From the NCBI GenBank assembly GCA_030059665.1, contig JANVYR010000001.1, positions 209,184 to 241,183 of the forward strand: DNA of 32,000 nucleotides, in the 5' to 3' direction. The position numbers were made by a program, and so were the translations under genes. The stretch comes from Candidatus Calditenuis fumarioli. GTDB taxonomy: Archaea > Thermoproteota > Nitrososphaeria_A > Caldarchaeales > Calditenuaceae. Under the pieces are notes generated by a model. The model did no database searches and was not told the DNA's origin. It worked only from the letters and a program-made list of their open reading frames with translations. Below, one piece after another: positions 7,385-16,808 of the stretch; the stretch's first letter is position 1; each line of letters starts with the position of its first letter.

Positions 7385-9721
7385 TCAGATCAGGTAGAAG
7401 AGCGGGAAGAGGAATACCCAGACTATGTCGACGAAGTGCCAGTAGTAGCCGAAGTACTCGATCGCCTCCCAGTTGTCCTTGCCGTAGTGGCCCTTGGCTG
7501 CCCGGTAGATCAGGTAGATCAGCGCCAGCAGTCCAGCCGTGACGTGGGCGCCGTGTACGCCGGTCGTGAGGAAGAACGTCGAGGCCGGCAGCGAGCTCGA
7601 GAAGGTGATCCCGTGCTCGAATAGCTCCCTCCACTCGTTGTACTTGTTGAACAGGAAGGCGAGACCGAGCAGCAGCGTCGCACCCAGGAACCCCGCGGTC
7701 AGACTCCTCTTGTCTGCCCTGGCTGAGGCGAGCGCGAGGACAACGGTCAGGCTGCTCGTCAACAGTATGAAGGTGTTGGTGGCGCCGTGCCAAATGTCCA
7801 GCATCTCGCCGGGTGCGGGCCAGGAGCTGCTGGCCGACCTGACGAACAGGTACGCGGAGATCAGCACGCCGAAGAGGGTGACCTCGGAGGCGATGAACGT
7901 CCACCAGCCCAGCTTGACCCTGTCGATCTTCTCGAACGGCCACCGCTCGCCGAAGGGCTCCTCGTGGGCGATGAAGCGCTCCCTTGCCCATCCCACCACA
8001 GACAGCGCGAAGACGATCAGGCCGGGTATCAGCAGCGCGTTGTGCACCGTGAGGCCAGCCAGCGAGAGGAACGCTCCCAGGCTCACCGCGAACGGGTAGA
8101 TCGAGTGGTGTGTCGCCTCAGCGAGGTGGGAGTGGGCACCGTTCATCGAGACGAACGCGAGCTTGCCTCCAGCGAAGCTCGGTATCGCGGGGAAGTTGCC
8201 GGGCGGTGGCGGCGACTCGGTGGCCCACTCCAGCGTGAAGGCGTCCCAAGGGTTGCTCCCCGCTGGGCTGCCGTTCCGGAGGCTGTAGAGGAAGTTCCAG
8301 AACATGATCAGGAACGAGAGGCCGAAGATCAGCCCTCCTATGGTCGCCAGCTGGTGGTACGGCAGCAGTTCGGGCTGGTAGATCGGAACCCTCCTGGGCG
8401 TCTGCCACGCGAGGAAGAGCGGGAAGTACAGCAGGTTGTACCCTATAATCGCGGTGACGAAGTGGATCCTCCCGAGTTTCTCGTCGAACATCCTCCCGGT
8501 CATCTTCGGATACCAGTAGTAGAGGCCTGCGATGAGCCCCAGCAGACCGCCGCCAACCATGGTGTAGTGGAAGTGCGCCACGACGAAGTACGTCCCCCTC
8601 AGTATGTAGTCGAGCGCGTTGGACCCCAGGAAGACTCCTGTTATGCCGCCGACGATGAAGACGCCTATCGAGCCAACCGCGAACAGCAAAGGCGTGCTGA
8701 CCCTGATCTTCCCCTTCGCAAGGGAGTAGATGTAGGAGAGGATGATGGCGTCGAATGGTATCGAGATAGCTATCGTCGTTATCGTGAAGACCCTCCTGAT
8801 GTCCTGGCTGATTCCCGTGTTGAACATGTGATGACCCCAGACGAGGAAGCTCAGCACAGCCACGATGGTCATGGCCGCCATCACTGCGGTCCTTCCGTAG
8901 AGGTGCCTCCTCGTCGATGCCTGGATGATCTCTGCCATTGCGCCTAGCGCCGGGAAGAGGACGATGTACACCTCAGGGTGGCCGAAGAACCAGAAGACGT
9001 GGTCCCAGAGCAGTGATCCGCCCTCAGGGCTCGAGAGGTACACCGTGCCCAAGAGCCTGTCGGAAGCCAACAGGATGATCCCAGCCAGCAGAGGCGGGAA
9101 TGCGTAAAGCATCATCAGCACCGTCAGGAGCACCGAGAAGGTGAAGAGCGGCATCCTCCGTATCGTGAGGCCCTGGGCCCTGGACCTGAATATCGTGACG
9201 ACGAAGTTCACCGTGGAGACGGTCACAGACGCCGTCAGGAGCGCGAGCCCGAGACCGCCTGTGTTGACGCCTACGTAGGGCGAGAACCGCGAGGTCGTCA
9301 GAGGTGCGTACATGGTCCATCCTGCGTCTATCGCGCTGTCCTGGAAGAACGAGATGAGCGTGAGGACGCCTCCGAAGAGATATAGCCAGTAGCTCAGCGC
9401 GTTCAGCCTCGGGAAGGCGAGATCCCTCGCTCCTATCTGGAGGGGCACGACGTAGTTAGCCAGCGCGAAGGCCAGGGGTGAGATCACGAAAAGTATCATG
9501 ATCAGGCCGTGCATTGAGACGGCCTGGTTGAACTGCTGCGGGTTCAGCAGCTTTATCGCCGGATCGGCGAGCTGGAACCTGAAGAGCAGCGCAAGGGTCC
9601 CGCCGACGATCAGGAAGTAGAGAGAAGTGACCAGATACAGGATTCCGACGTCCTTGTGGTCGGTCGTCGTCAGCCAGCGCCTGATCGAAGAGGCGGGAAG
9701 GTGCTGACCCTGATGCGCCAT
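7385..9721 (-). CDS. Heme-copper oxidase subunit I fused to subunit III (SoxM-type fusion)
   Basis: Subunit I signatures are present: WFFGHPEVYIVLFP, GHHMF, AHFHY. The C-terminal ~200 aa carry subunit III-like helices (FIASEVTLFGVLISAYLF, HGAHVTAGLLALIYL, YWHFVDIVWVFLFPLFYLI). ATG 9721 lies 1 nt after the subunit II stop, and I prefer it to the GTG at 9730 used by the track. Confidence 0.9.
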   Translation of the reverse strand: MAHQGQHLPASSIRRWLTTTDHKDVGILYLVTSLYFLIVGGTLALLFRFQLADPAIKLLNPQQFNQAVSMHGLIMILFVISPLAFALANYVVPLQIGARDLAFPRLNALSYWLYLFGGVLTLISFFQDSAIDAGWTMYAPLTTSRFSPYVGVNTGGLGLALLTASVTVSTVNFVVTIFRSRAQGLTIRRMPLFTFSVLLTVLMMLYAFPPLLAGIILLASDRLLGTVYLSSPEGGSLLWDHVFWFFGHPEVYIVLFPALGAMAEIIQASTRRHLYGRTAVMAAMTIVAVLSFLVWGHHMFNTGISQDIRRVFTITTIAISIPFDAIILSYIYSLAKGKIRVSTPLLFAVGSIGVFIVGGITGVFLGSNALDYILRGTYFVVAHFHYTMVGGGLLGLIAGLYYWYPKMTGRMFDEKLGRIHFVTAIIGYNLLYFPLFLAWQTPRRVPIYQPELLPYHQLATIGGLIFGLSFLIMFWNFLYSLRNGSPAGSNPWDAFTLEWATESPPPPGNFPAIPSFAGGKLAFVSMNGAHSHLAEATHHSIYPFAVSLGAFLSLAGLTVHNALLIPGLIVFALSVVGWARERFIAHEEPFGERWPFEKIDRVKLGWWTFIASEVTLFGVLISAYLFVRSASSSWPAPGEMLDIWHGATNTFILLTSSLTVVLALASARADKRSLTAGFLGATLLLGLAFLFNKYNEWRELFEHGITFSSSLPASTFFLTTGVHGAHVTAGLLALIYLIYRAAKGHYGKDNWEAIEYFGYYWHFVDIVWVFLFPLFYLI

Positions 9722-9722
9722 C

Positions 9723-10346
9723 TCAACCACCCCCCTCGTACCAGGCCTTGAACTCCTGCTCCGTGACCGCGACGATCCTGCCGGTCATCACGCCGTGACC
9801 GGTCCCGCAGAGCTCGAAGCATCTGACCTCATAGGTCCCAGGTACCCTGATGACGGTCCAGTAGGTGTTGATCTTCCCCGGTACCGCGTCGATCCCGATG
9901 CCGAGGGAGAGGACGCCGAACTTGTGGAAGACGTCCCTGCTGGTGACGTAGAACTTGATCGGCCTGTCTATCGGAACGCGCGCCTCACCCAGGACCGTCT
10001 TGCCGTTCGGGTAGGTGAACTCCCAGCCCCACTGGAACGCGGTCACCCTGATCTCGAGAGCATCAGCCGGAGGCGTCTCGAGGTACGCGAGGGTCGAGAA
10101 CGTGCTGAAGATCAGCGTTGTCACGATCGTCGCGCTCAGCGCAATGGAGATCAGCAACCTGTACGGAAAGCCCTCCGAGGTCGGCAGCTCGCCCAGCTCC
10201 ACGTCCCTCCCCTTCACCTCCTTTGCCCTGACGTGCTTGATCAGGTGGTACAGCATGTAGCCCAGCACCACGAAGAAGACGATAGTGCCCAGGGTGAGGA
10301 ACGTGTCGAAGAGGGAGTAGACGGCTTCGGCCGTCGTGCTCACCAT
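9723..10346 (-). CDS. Heme-copper oxidase subunit II (CuA type)
   Basis: Two N-terminal TM helices, then a cupredoxin domain with the CuA ligand motif CFELCGTGHGVM. Confidence 0.9.
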   Translation of the reverse strand: MVSTTAEAVYSLFDTFLTLGTIVFFVVLGYMLYHLIKHVRAKEVKGRDVELGELPTSEGFPYRLLISIALSATIVTTLIFSTFSTLAYLETPPADALEIRVTAFQWGWEFTYPNGKTVLGEARVPIDRPIKFYVTSRDVFHKFGVLSLGIGIDAVPGKINTYWTVIRVPGTYEVRCFELCGTGHGVMTGRIVAVTEQEFKAWYEGGG

Positions 10347-10367
10347 CGGCGAATGGTCGGCATCCTC

Positions 10368-10377
10368 ATAATATTAA
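10368..10377 (-). promoter_or_regulatory. TATA box of the oxidase operon (near-leaderless geometry)
   Basis: The minus strand reads TTAATATTAT, centred about 26 nt upstream of ATG 10346. Confidence 0.45.
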
Positions 10378-10425
10378 CCTCTTTTGAGTTAACGCATGAG
10401 TGGCACTTGCGCGCTCCTAACTGGT

Positions 10426-10460
10426 TGACTGCTCTGCCGGTTTCGCAGAGGACACAGTCA
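10426..10460 (-). terminator. Extended stem-loop downstream of the wHTH gene
   Basis: TGACTG-CTCTGC-cggtttc-GCAGAG-gaca-CAGTCA. The two stacked 6-bp helices lie about 45 nt past the stop at 10506. Confidence 0.3.
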
Positions 10461-10505
10461 TCACCGGAGAGTTCAAAACGTGAAGGCTCTGGTCCCGATT
10501 ACCCA

Positions 10506-10880
10506 TCAGGAGACTTCTTTCCGGCCTTCGCGGTACGACCTGATGACCCAGTCCTCGATCAGGGTGCATCCCACCGGGCTGACGCTCTGGTCGGGGCCGC
10601 AGTTGGGGTTGAAGGGGCAGAGGGGACAGGGAGCGCCGAAGAGGGGCGACGGATCGAACCGCTTGATGAGCGGGATCAGCTTGAGCGTCCACCTCTCGTT
10701 CGCGAGCACCTTCTCCCTCCTCACTATGCCCTTCTTCTCCAGCTTGATGGCCAGCCTCGACCCCTCCCTGCTCGAGATGCCGAGCATGTGCCAGAGCTCC
10801 GACTGCAGGATTCCCTCCTCGTGCTCTAGGAGGATGCGAATGGCTTGCTCCTCCAACCGAGCGAGCTTAGAGGTCTGCAT
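10506..10880 (-). CDS. Winged-helix transcriptional regulator with C-terminal Cys-rich tail
   Basis: I prefer ATG 10880 (MQTSKLARLEEQAIRILLEHEEGILQSELWHMLGISSREGSRLAIKLEKKGIVRRE.. = wHTH). The tail PCPLCPFNPNCGP..VGC supplies four or more Cys. A TTAAATA box at 10916-10922 (minus) lies about 39 nt upstream. Confidence 0.7.
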   Translation of the reverse strand: MQTSKLARLEEQAIRILLEHEEGILQSELWHMLGISSREGSRLAIKLEKKGIVRREKVLANERWTLKLIPLIKRFDPSPLFGAPCPLCPFNPNCGPDQSVSPVGCTLIEDWVIRSYREGRKEVS

Positions 10881-10970
10881 CTTCCGTCTCTGCTGATGAT
10901 AATTGCGTTCCCCTGTATTTAAGTAAAGTCTCACGAAACGGAAAAGGAGATCCTAAGTCCCCTCTAGTCC

Positions 10971-13900
10971 TTACGCGTCGTCGAGACCGGTCGCGCCCAC
11001 ACCCGAATTTCCTACGGCCGGGCGTTCCGGAGCCACCGAGTGCAGCTCGTTCAGCGACCTGAACTCGGGGCTTGAGGACCTGATCCACCGTACGACCCTG
11101 ATGGCTGCTGAGACGCCCTGGTACGTTGTGACGTACGGGATGCCGGTGATGACGGCGCCCCTCCGGAGCCGGTAGCCCGTTAGGTCCGACCTTCCCGCCT
11201 TTCGCCTGAGGTCCACCACCATCTTCACCCGCTCAGACCTCAGCGCCACCGCCGCGTCCACCTCGTCCCTCCAGGAGGAGGCTTCCAGTATCCTGTCAGC
11301 AATATCTGGGAGACCGCCGACGTCACCCTCGACTTCGCTGAGCAGGAGCACCTCGAACCCCAGCGACTTGAGCTGCGAGATCACGTAACGGGCCTCCTCA
11401 ACGCTCGACCCGTCGGCCGCCATCAGAACCCTTCCCTCAGCCGGTATCGGGTTGTTCGCACCGAGCTCGGCCTTCCAGTACGCCTCCTCGAAGCACCTTC
11501 CGATGCCCATGCACTCGCCGGTCGACTTCATCCTCGGCTCGAGCACCGGGTCGACGCCCGGGAGCTTCGCGAACGAGAAGACCGATTCCTTGACAGCGAC
11601 GAAGCGCGGGGTTACCTCCGAGGTCAGCCCGAGCTCCCTCAGCTTTTTGCCCAGCATCAGCTTCGTGGCGACCTTAGCCATCGGCACGTTGATCACCTTG
11701 CTGAGGAACGGAACTGTCCTGGAGGCCCGCGCGTTGACCTCGAGGACGTAGACCTCGTCGCCCATCACCGCGAACTGGACGTTCAGGAGACCCACGACCT
11801 TCAGCTCCAGCGCGATCCGCCTGGTGTACTCCTTGATCCTCTCGACGGCCCTCTGGGAGAGCGAGACCGGAGGTATAACCATAGCAGCGTCACCGCTGTG
11901 GACGCCCGCGAGCTCTATGTGCTCCAGGATCCCGCAAACTAACACGTCCTCGCCGTCGGAGAGCGCATCCACGTCCACCTCGACCGCTGGGTGAAGGTAC
12001 TTGTCGATCAGGACCGGCCTATCCTCAGAGACCTGGATGGCGTCCTCGACCAGCTCCCTCAGCTCGCGCTCCGACCAGACCACGCCCATAGCCCTGCCGC
12101 CGAGCACGTAGGAGGGCCTGACGAGCACCGGGTAACCTATGGTTGCGGCGACTCGAACAGCTTCCTCGACGCTCCTGACCGTCGCGCCCTGTGGCTGTAG
12201 TATCCCCAACCGCTCAAGGAACCTCCGGAACCTGTCCCTGTCCTCCGTGATGTCGATGCTCTCCGGACTAGTGCCGAGCACCCTAACCCCGGCCGCCTCG
12301 AGCCTCTTGGCCAGCTTCAAGGGCGTCTGCCCGCCGAGCTGCAGTATGACCCCCTCGGGCCTCTCCCGCTCTATCACGTTCATCACGTGCTCGAAGGTTA
12401 TCGGCTCGAAGTAGAGCCTCGTGGAGACGTCGAAGTCGGTGCTGACCGTCTCGGGGTTGTTGTTCACGATCACCGCCTCTATCCCCTCCTCCCTCAACGC
12501 TATTGCCGCGTGCACCGAGCAGTAGTCGAACTCGATACCCTGACCGATCCTAATTGGCCCGCTGCCGACGATCAGGACCCTCCTCCTTCCGGTCTCTGCC
12601 CTCGACTCGTCGGTCTCCTCGTAGGTCGAGTAGTAGTAGGGCGTCACCGCCTCGAACTCGCCGGCACAGGTGTCGACCATCTTGAAGACCGGCACCACCC
12701 CCAGCCTCTTCCTGATGCGCCTCACCTCCTCCTCGGTCAGGCCCGTGAGCCTCGCGATCTGCCAGTCCGTGAAGCCCATCCTCTTGGCCTCCCTCAGCAG
12801 CTCGGGGAAGTTCGGGTCCTCGACGGAAGTCCTCCGGAGCCTCTGCTCGGTCTCCACGATCCTCCTGATCCCGTTCAGGAACCACCGGTCGATCTTGGTC
12901 AGGGCGTGAATTTCGTCCACGGTCATCCCGAGCAGGAAAGCCCTCCTGATCGCGAAGACCCTTTGCCAGGTCGGCTTAGCGAGGAGCTCCCTCACCTTCT
13001 CGGGCGGCCATTCGTCCTCCGAGTAGAGACCGAGCCTACCGATCTCGAGCGATGAGATTGCCTTCTGGAGCGCCTCCTCGAAGGTTCTGCCGATGCCCAT
13101 CGCCTCGCCCGTGGACTTCATCATCGTCCCTATCACGGGATCCATCGTCTCGAAGACGTCAACCGGCCACCTCGGTATCTTCACCACCACGTAGTCCACC
13201 GTCGGCTCCATCGCTGCGGTGACCTTCCCCACCACCCGGTTCGGTATCTCGTCGAGGGTGTAACCGAGCGCGATCTTCGCAGCCACCCTCGCGATGGGGT
13301 ACCCGGTCGCCTTGGATGCCAGGGCGGAGCTCCTGCTGACCCTGGGGTTGACCTCGATCACGGCGTACTCGAAGCTCTCAGGGTTGACGGCGAACTGGAT
13401 GTTGCATGCCCCGACCACACCAATGGCCCTCACCACCTTGAACGCGGCCCTTCTGAGGACGTGGTACTCCTCATCCGTGAGCGTCTGCGCAGGCGCCACC
13501 ACAATGCTCTCGCCGGTATGGATCCCGAGCGGGTCGACGTTCTCCATCGGGCAGACCGAGATGCAGTTGTCAGCGGAGTCCCGGATCACCTCGAGCTCGT
13601 ACTCCTTCCATCCGTCGAGGTACTCGTCGATCGCAACCCTTCCGTTCATGCTCACCATAAGACCCGCGTTCACGAGGCGCCTGAGCTCATCGAGGTTCCG
13701 GGCGACACCCGATCCAGTCCCGCCGAGGGCGTAGCTGGCCCTGCAGAGGACCGGGAAGCCGCCGAGCTCCCTGACCGCATCCACAGCCTCCTCGAAGCTG
13801 CCCACCTCGATCGACCTCGGTATCCTCTCCCCGATGGACGTGACCAGATCGTGGAAGAGCCTCCTGTCCTCTGCCCTCTTGATCGCCTCCACCGGCGTCC

Positions 13901-14249
13901 CTATCACCTTCACGCCCAGCTCGTCGAGGACCCCCATCTCCTGGAGCTTAACGGCGAGGTTCAGGCCTGTCTGTCCTCCCATCGTCGGCAGGATCGCGTC
14001 GGGCCGCTCCTTCCTCAGGATCTCAGCGATCACCTCAGGGACCAGAGGCTCGATGTATACCACGTCGGCTATCTCGAAGTCGGTCTGTATGGTCGCCGGG
14101 TTCGAGTTCACGACTATCGTCCTGATCCCTTCCTCCCTCAGCGCTATGCAAGCTTGGGACCCCGAGTAATCGAACTCGGCCGCCTGACCTATCACGATCG
14201 GGCCCGAGCCTATGACCAGGACGCTCTTGATCCAGTCGAGCTTGGGCAT
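10971..14249 (-). CDS. carB: Carbamoyl-phosphate synthase large subunit
   Basis: The true start is MPKLDWIKSVLVIGSGPIVIGQAAEFDYSGSQA at 14249, in an ATGA overlap with the carA stop. There are two ATP-grasp repeats (the second begins RRVLIVGSGPIRIGQGIEFDY) and a C-terminal MGS-like domain. The 96-codon upstream extension in the track ORF is an out-of-context read through carA. Confidence 0.95.
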   Translation of the reverse strand: MPKLDWIKSVLVIGSGPIVIGQAAEFDYSGSQACIALREEGIRTIVVNSNPATIQTDFEIADVVYIEPLVPEVIAEILRKERPDAILPTMGGQTGLNLAVKLQEMGVLDELGVKVIGTPVEAIKRAEDRRLFHDLVTSIGERIPRSIEVGSFEEAVDAVRELGGFPVLCRASYALGGTGSGVARNLDELRRLVNAGLMVSMNGRVAIDEYLDGWKEYELEVIRDSADNCISVCPMENVDPLGIHTGESIVVAPAQTLTDEEYHVLRRAAFKVVRAIGVVGACNIQFAVNPESFEYAVIEVNPRVSRSSALASKATGYPIARVAAKIALGYTLDEIPNRVVGKVTAAMEPTVDYVVVKIPRWPVDVFETMDPVIGTMMKSTGEAMGIGRTFEEALQKAISSLEIGRLGLYSEDEWPPEKVRELLAKPTWQRVFAIRRAFLLGMTVDEIHALTKIDRWFLNGIRRIVETEQRLRRTSVEDPNFPELLREAKRMGFTDWQIARLTGLTEEEVRRIRKRLGVVPVFKMVDTCAGEFEAVTPYYYSTYEETDESRAETGRRRVLIVGSGPIRIGQGIEFDYCSVHAAIALREEGIEAVIVNNNPETVSTDFDVSTRLYFEPITFEHVMNVIERERPEGVILQLGGQTPLKLAKRLEAAGVRVLGTSPESIDITEDRDRFRRFLERLGILQPQGATVRSVEEAVRVAATIGYPVLVRPSYVLGGRAMGVVWSERELRELVEDAIQVSEDRPVLIDKYLHPAVEVDVDALSDGEDVLVCGILEHIELAGVHSGDAAMVIPPVSLSQRAVERIKEYTRRIALELKVVGLLNVQFAVMGDEVYVLEVNARASRTVPFLSKVINVPMAKVATKLMLGKKLRELGLTSEVTPRFVAVKESVFSFAKLPGVDPVLEPRMKSTGECMGIGRCFEEAYWKAELGANNPIPAEGRVLMAADGSSVEEARYVISQLKSLGFEVLLLSEVEGDVGGLPDIADRILEASSWRDEVDAAVALRSERVKMVVDLRRKAGRSDLTGYRLRRGAVITGIPYVTTYQGVSAAIRVVRWIRSSSPEFRSLNELHSVAPERPAVGNSGVGATGLDDA

Positions 14250-15319
14250 CACAACCACCCCAGGAATTCGTCGAAGACCCGGTCGGCGTCGGAGGGCCCA
14301 GGATGACCCTCGGGGTGGTACTGCGTGGTCAGGACCATCAGGTCTTCGTGCTCGAGGCCCTCGACGGTTCCGTCGTTGAGGCTGATCTGTCTGACCTTTA
14401 GCCCGGTTCCCTCGATCGACCTGGGATCTACGGCGTATCCGTGGTTCTGCAGCGTGATGTGGATCCTCCCGGTCTTCAGGTCCTTCACCGGGTGATTGGT
14501 CCCCCTGTGCCCGAACTTCATCTTGTACGTCCTGCACCCCATCGCGAGCGCTATCAGCTGGTGTCCAAGGCAGACCCCCATCATGGGGACCTTTCCGATC
14601 AGCCTTCGCACGGTCTCGATCGCGTATCCGATCACCGTCGGGTCTCCGGGGCCGTTGGAGACGAGGACGCCGTCCGGTCTCCAGGAGAGGATCTCATCGG
14701 CCTCCGTCCAGGCGGGGAACCTCACCACGGTGACGTTCGAGCTGAGGAGCCTCCTGACGATGCCCATCTTCACGCCGCAGTCGAGGAGCGCCACGGTCTT
14801 CCGTCCAGATCCGAGGACCTCCACGGTACCGCACGTCACCTCCCTCACCAGGTCGGTCTCGTAACGCCAGGCCGACAGCCTCTCCAGCAGCCCGTTCACG
14901 TCGACGGATGAGACGTCGCCGTGGACGAGGACCGCAGGAACCGTCCCATGCTCCCTGATCCTCACCGTCAGCGCCCGCGTATCGACGCCCTCCATCCCCA
15001 CGACTCCGTGCTCCCGCAGGAACTCGTCGAGCGTCCCTCTGCTCTTCGCGTTCGAAGGGTAGCCGCACGCGCTCCTGACCACCACGCCCTCAGCCCAGAT
15101 CCTGCTCGACTCGAGCCCGCAGGTCCACGCTCCGTAGTTGCCTATGTGAGTGTACGTGAACAGGACGATCTGGCCGTTGTAGGAAGGGTCCGTCAGGGTC
15201 TCCTCATAACCTGAGAAGGAGGTGGTGAAGACCAGTTCTCCGAAGGCTTCCCCCTCGGCTCCGAATCCCCTTCCCTTCACCACGGTCCCGTCGCCGAGGA
15301 CCAGCAGCGCCTCGGACAT
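14249..15319 (-). CDS. carA: Carbamoyl-phosphate synthase small (glutamine amidotransferase) subunit
   Basis: CPSase small-chain N-domain (FTTSFSGYEETLTDPSYNGQIV) followed by a class I GATase triad context (GVCLGHQL .. YHPE). Confidence 0.95.
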   Translation of the reverse strand: MSEALLVLGDGTVVKGRGFGAEGEAFGELVFTTSFSGYEETLTDPSYNGQIVLFTYTHIGNYGAWTCGLESSRIWAEGVVVRSACGYPSNAKSRGTLDEFLREHGVVGMEGVDTRALTVRIREHGTVPAVLVHGDVSSVDVNGLLERLSAWRYETDLVREVTCGTVEVLGSGRKTVALLDCGVKMGIVRRLLSSNVTVVRFPAWTEADEILSWRPDGVLVSNGPGDPTVIGYAIETVRRLIGKVPMMGVCLGHQLIALAMGCRTYKMKFGHRGTNHPVKDLKTGRIHITLQNHGYAVDPRSIEGTGLKVRQISLNDGTVEGLEHEDLMVLTTQYHPEGHPGPSDADRVFDEFLGWL

Positions 15320-15395
15320 CAGAACGTGCAGCGGAACCCACTAAATGTGGTTTGTGGTGCCGCAACCTGTTCCGTTGAAATAGTGATGACTCGAT

Positions 15396-15411
15396 GAGGG
15401 CAAAGGCCCTC
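15396..15411 (-). terminator. Hairpin abutting the stop codon of the HTH/coiled-coil gene
   Basis: GAGGGC-aaag-GCCCTC, a 6-bp perfect stem immediately 3' of the TGA at 15412-15414. Confidence 0.3.
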
Positions 15412-15963
15412 TCAGGAGCTCGAGACCGTGGCCCTCAGCTGCTGGACCGTCCTCTCCAGCCCATCGAGCAGTTCCAAAACCTGGGACCGGATCGCCCTGA
15501 GCCGCTCGACCTCGGCGGAGAGGGCGCTCACCTTGGCCTCGAGTTCCTGAACTTTGTTCCGGAGCTCCTCCACTTCCCGGCTCTGCTGCTCCTCCGTCAG
15601 CGTCTGCTGAAGGCTCCTGAACAGCTCAGGCACCTCGATCTTGACGCCCTCTTTCAAGAAGCGCTCGTAGGTCTCCCTGACCAGCTTCCCGGCCTTCGTC
15701 CTGCCCGACAGGTGGGCCCTTATTGTGGCCTCGGTCCTGCCCAGTTCCTCCGCGATCTGGGTGACGGGCATCTTCGCCCTCTCCCTGGCCAACGCGGCCG
15801 CCGCAACCGCGAGGCTGTCCACCCATGTTAGGCGCCCTTCGGGGTTCCTGAGCTCCTCGATTGCCTCCCGGCTGAAGAGCGACGCTATCAGCAGCGCGGC
15901 CTCGAGCCTGTGGATCTCCTCCCTTCCGACCGGCGAGAGCGGCACCTCAGCCATCGCCCTCAC
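15412..15963 (-). CDS. HTH DNA-binding protein with C-terminal coiled coil
   Basis: HTH-like segment [28 protein letters not shown], followed by a heptad-rich tail ([47 protein letters not shown]). Its start overlaps the 3' end of the KaiC-like gene by 8-17 nt (ATG 15954 or GTG 15963). Confidence 0.7.
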   Translation of the reverse strand: MRAMAEVPLSPVGREEIHRLEAALLIASLFSREAIEELRNPEGRLTWVDSLAVAAAALARERAKMPVTQIAEELGRTEATIRAHLSGRTKAGKLVRETYERFLKEGVKIEVPELFRSLQQTLTEEQQSREVEELRNKVQELEAKVSALSAEVERLRAIRSQVLELLDGLERTVQQLRATVSSS

Positions 15964-16735
15964 CTCCAGCTCCGACCTCCTCGAGCGCGACCCTCCTCGG
16001 CGCCGTGAACCTTTTCGAGCTGTGGACTACGATGCCCTGGTCCGTGATCTCGAGCGGGTGCCTAGACATCGAATGCGCAGTCCCCCTCATCTTCCAGACG
16101 ATTATGCTCCTCCGCAGCTCGCCGTCTATCTCGTCCAGGTCGAGCCTCACTATTCCGTCGGCGGCGTGCTCCACGCCCGGCCCTCCGAACCCCCTCTCCG
16201 TCACGCTCACCTGGGAGATCAGTATCGATGTCACGCCCATGCCGGAGAGGACCTTCTTCAGCTGGAGGACGATCCCCCTCGCAGCGGCCGGCTTCGTGAT
16301 GTACAGCGTGGTCACCGAGTCGATGACGCACCTGACCGCTCTGGTCTCACGAAGCGCCTCCCTCAGGACGTCGATGAGGGCCATGTAGTCGTCGGGGGCC
16401 CTGACGACGTACCTCTCCCTCTTGGCGGCCTCGCCGATGCCTGCGGTGAAGGCGTCGACTATCGCGAAGGTCCCATCGCGCTCAAACTCGCTCACGTCCC
16501 AACCGAACTGGGACATGGAGACCCTGACCTGAACAGGATGCTCCTCGAGCGCCACCAGAACCCCAGGCTCGCCCCTCTTGAGTCCGTTGTACAGGAACTG
16601 GTAGCCGAAGATGGACTTGCCGGTACCTGGTCCTCCGCTCAGCAGAACGACGTTCCGTTTCGGTATGCCGCCGTTCACGATCTCATCGAATCCCTGAATG
16701 TACGTCTTCACGCGCTCGATCGCCATCTCCCTCAC
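15947..16735 (-). CDS. Single-domain KaiC/RecA-superfamily ATPase
   Basis: KaiC-type N-terminus ([34 protein letters not shown], which includes Walker A), Walker B-like VRCVIDSV, and the typical [13 protein letters not shown] block. The start is GTG 16735 or ATG 16726. Confidence 0.85.
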   Translation of the reverse strand: MREMAIERVKTYIQGFDEIVNGGIPKRNVVLLSGGPGTGKSIFGYQFLYNGLKRGEPGVLVALEEHPVQVRVSMSQFGWDVSEFERDGTFAIVDAFTAGIGEAAKRERYVVRAPDDYMALIDVLREALRETRAVRCVIDSVTTLYITKPAAARGIVLQLKKVLSGMGVTSILISQVSVTERGFGGPGVEHAADGIVRLDLDEIDGELRRSIIVWKMRGTAHSMSRHPLEITDQGIVVHSSKRFTAPRRVALEEVGAGGEGDG

Positions 16736-16761
16736 CCACTGAGGTATTATGTTTTCCCGGG

Positions 16762-16773
16762 ATTTTTATTTTT
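16762..16773 (-). promoter_or_regulatory. TATA-like A/T box upstream of the KaiC-like gene
   Basis: The minus strand reads GAAAAATAAAAATC around 16761-16774, about 33 nt upstream of GTG 16735. Confidence 0.4.
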
Positions 16774-16808
16774 CATGGACGACAAAGGTAACGTGTGACC
16801 GAGAGAGG

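Noticed and set aside
14250-14537. 96-codon N-terminal extension of the carB ORF in the track
   Set aside because: The extension lies entirely inside carA in another frame and reads as Arg/Pro/Gly junk. The canonical carB N-terminus (MPKLDWIKSVLVIGSGP) begins at 14249, in an ATGA overlap with the carA stop.
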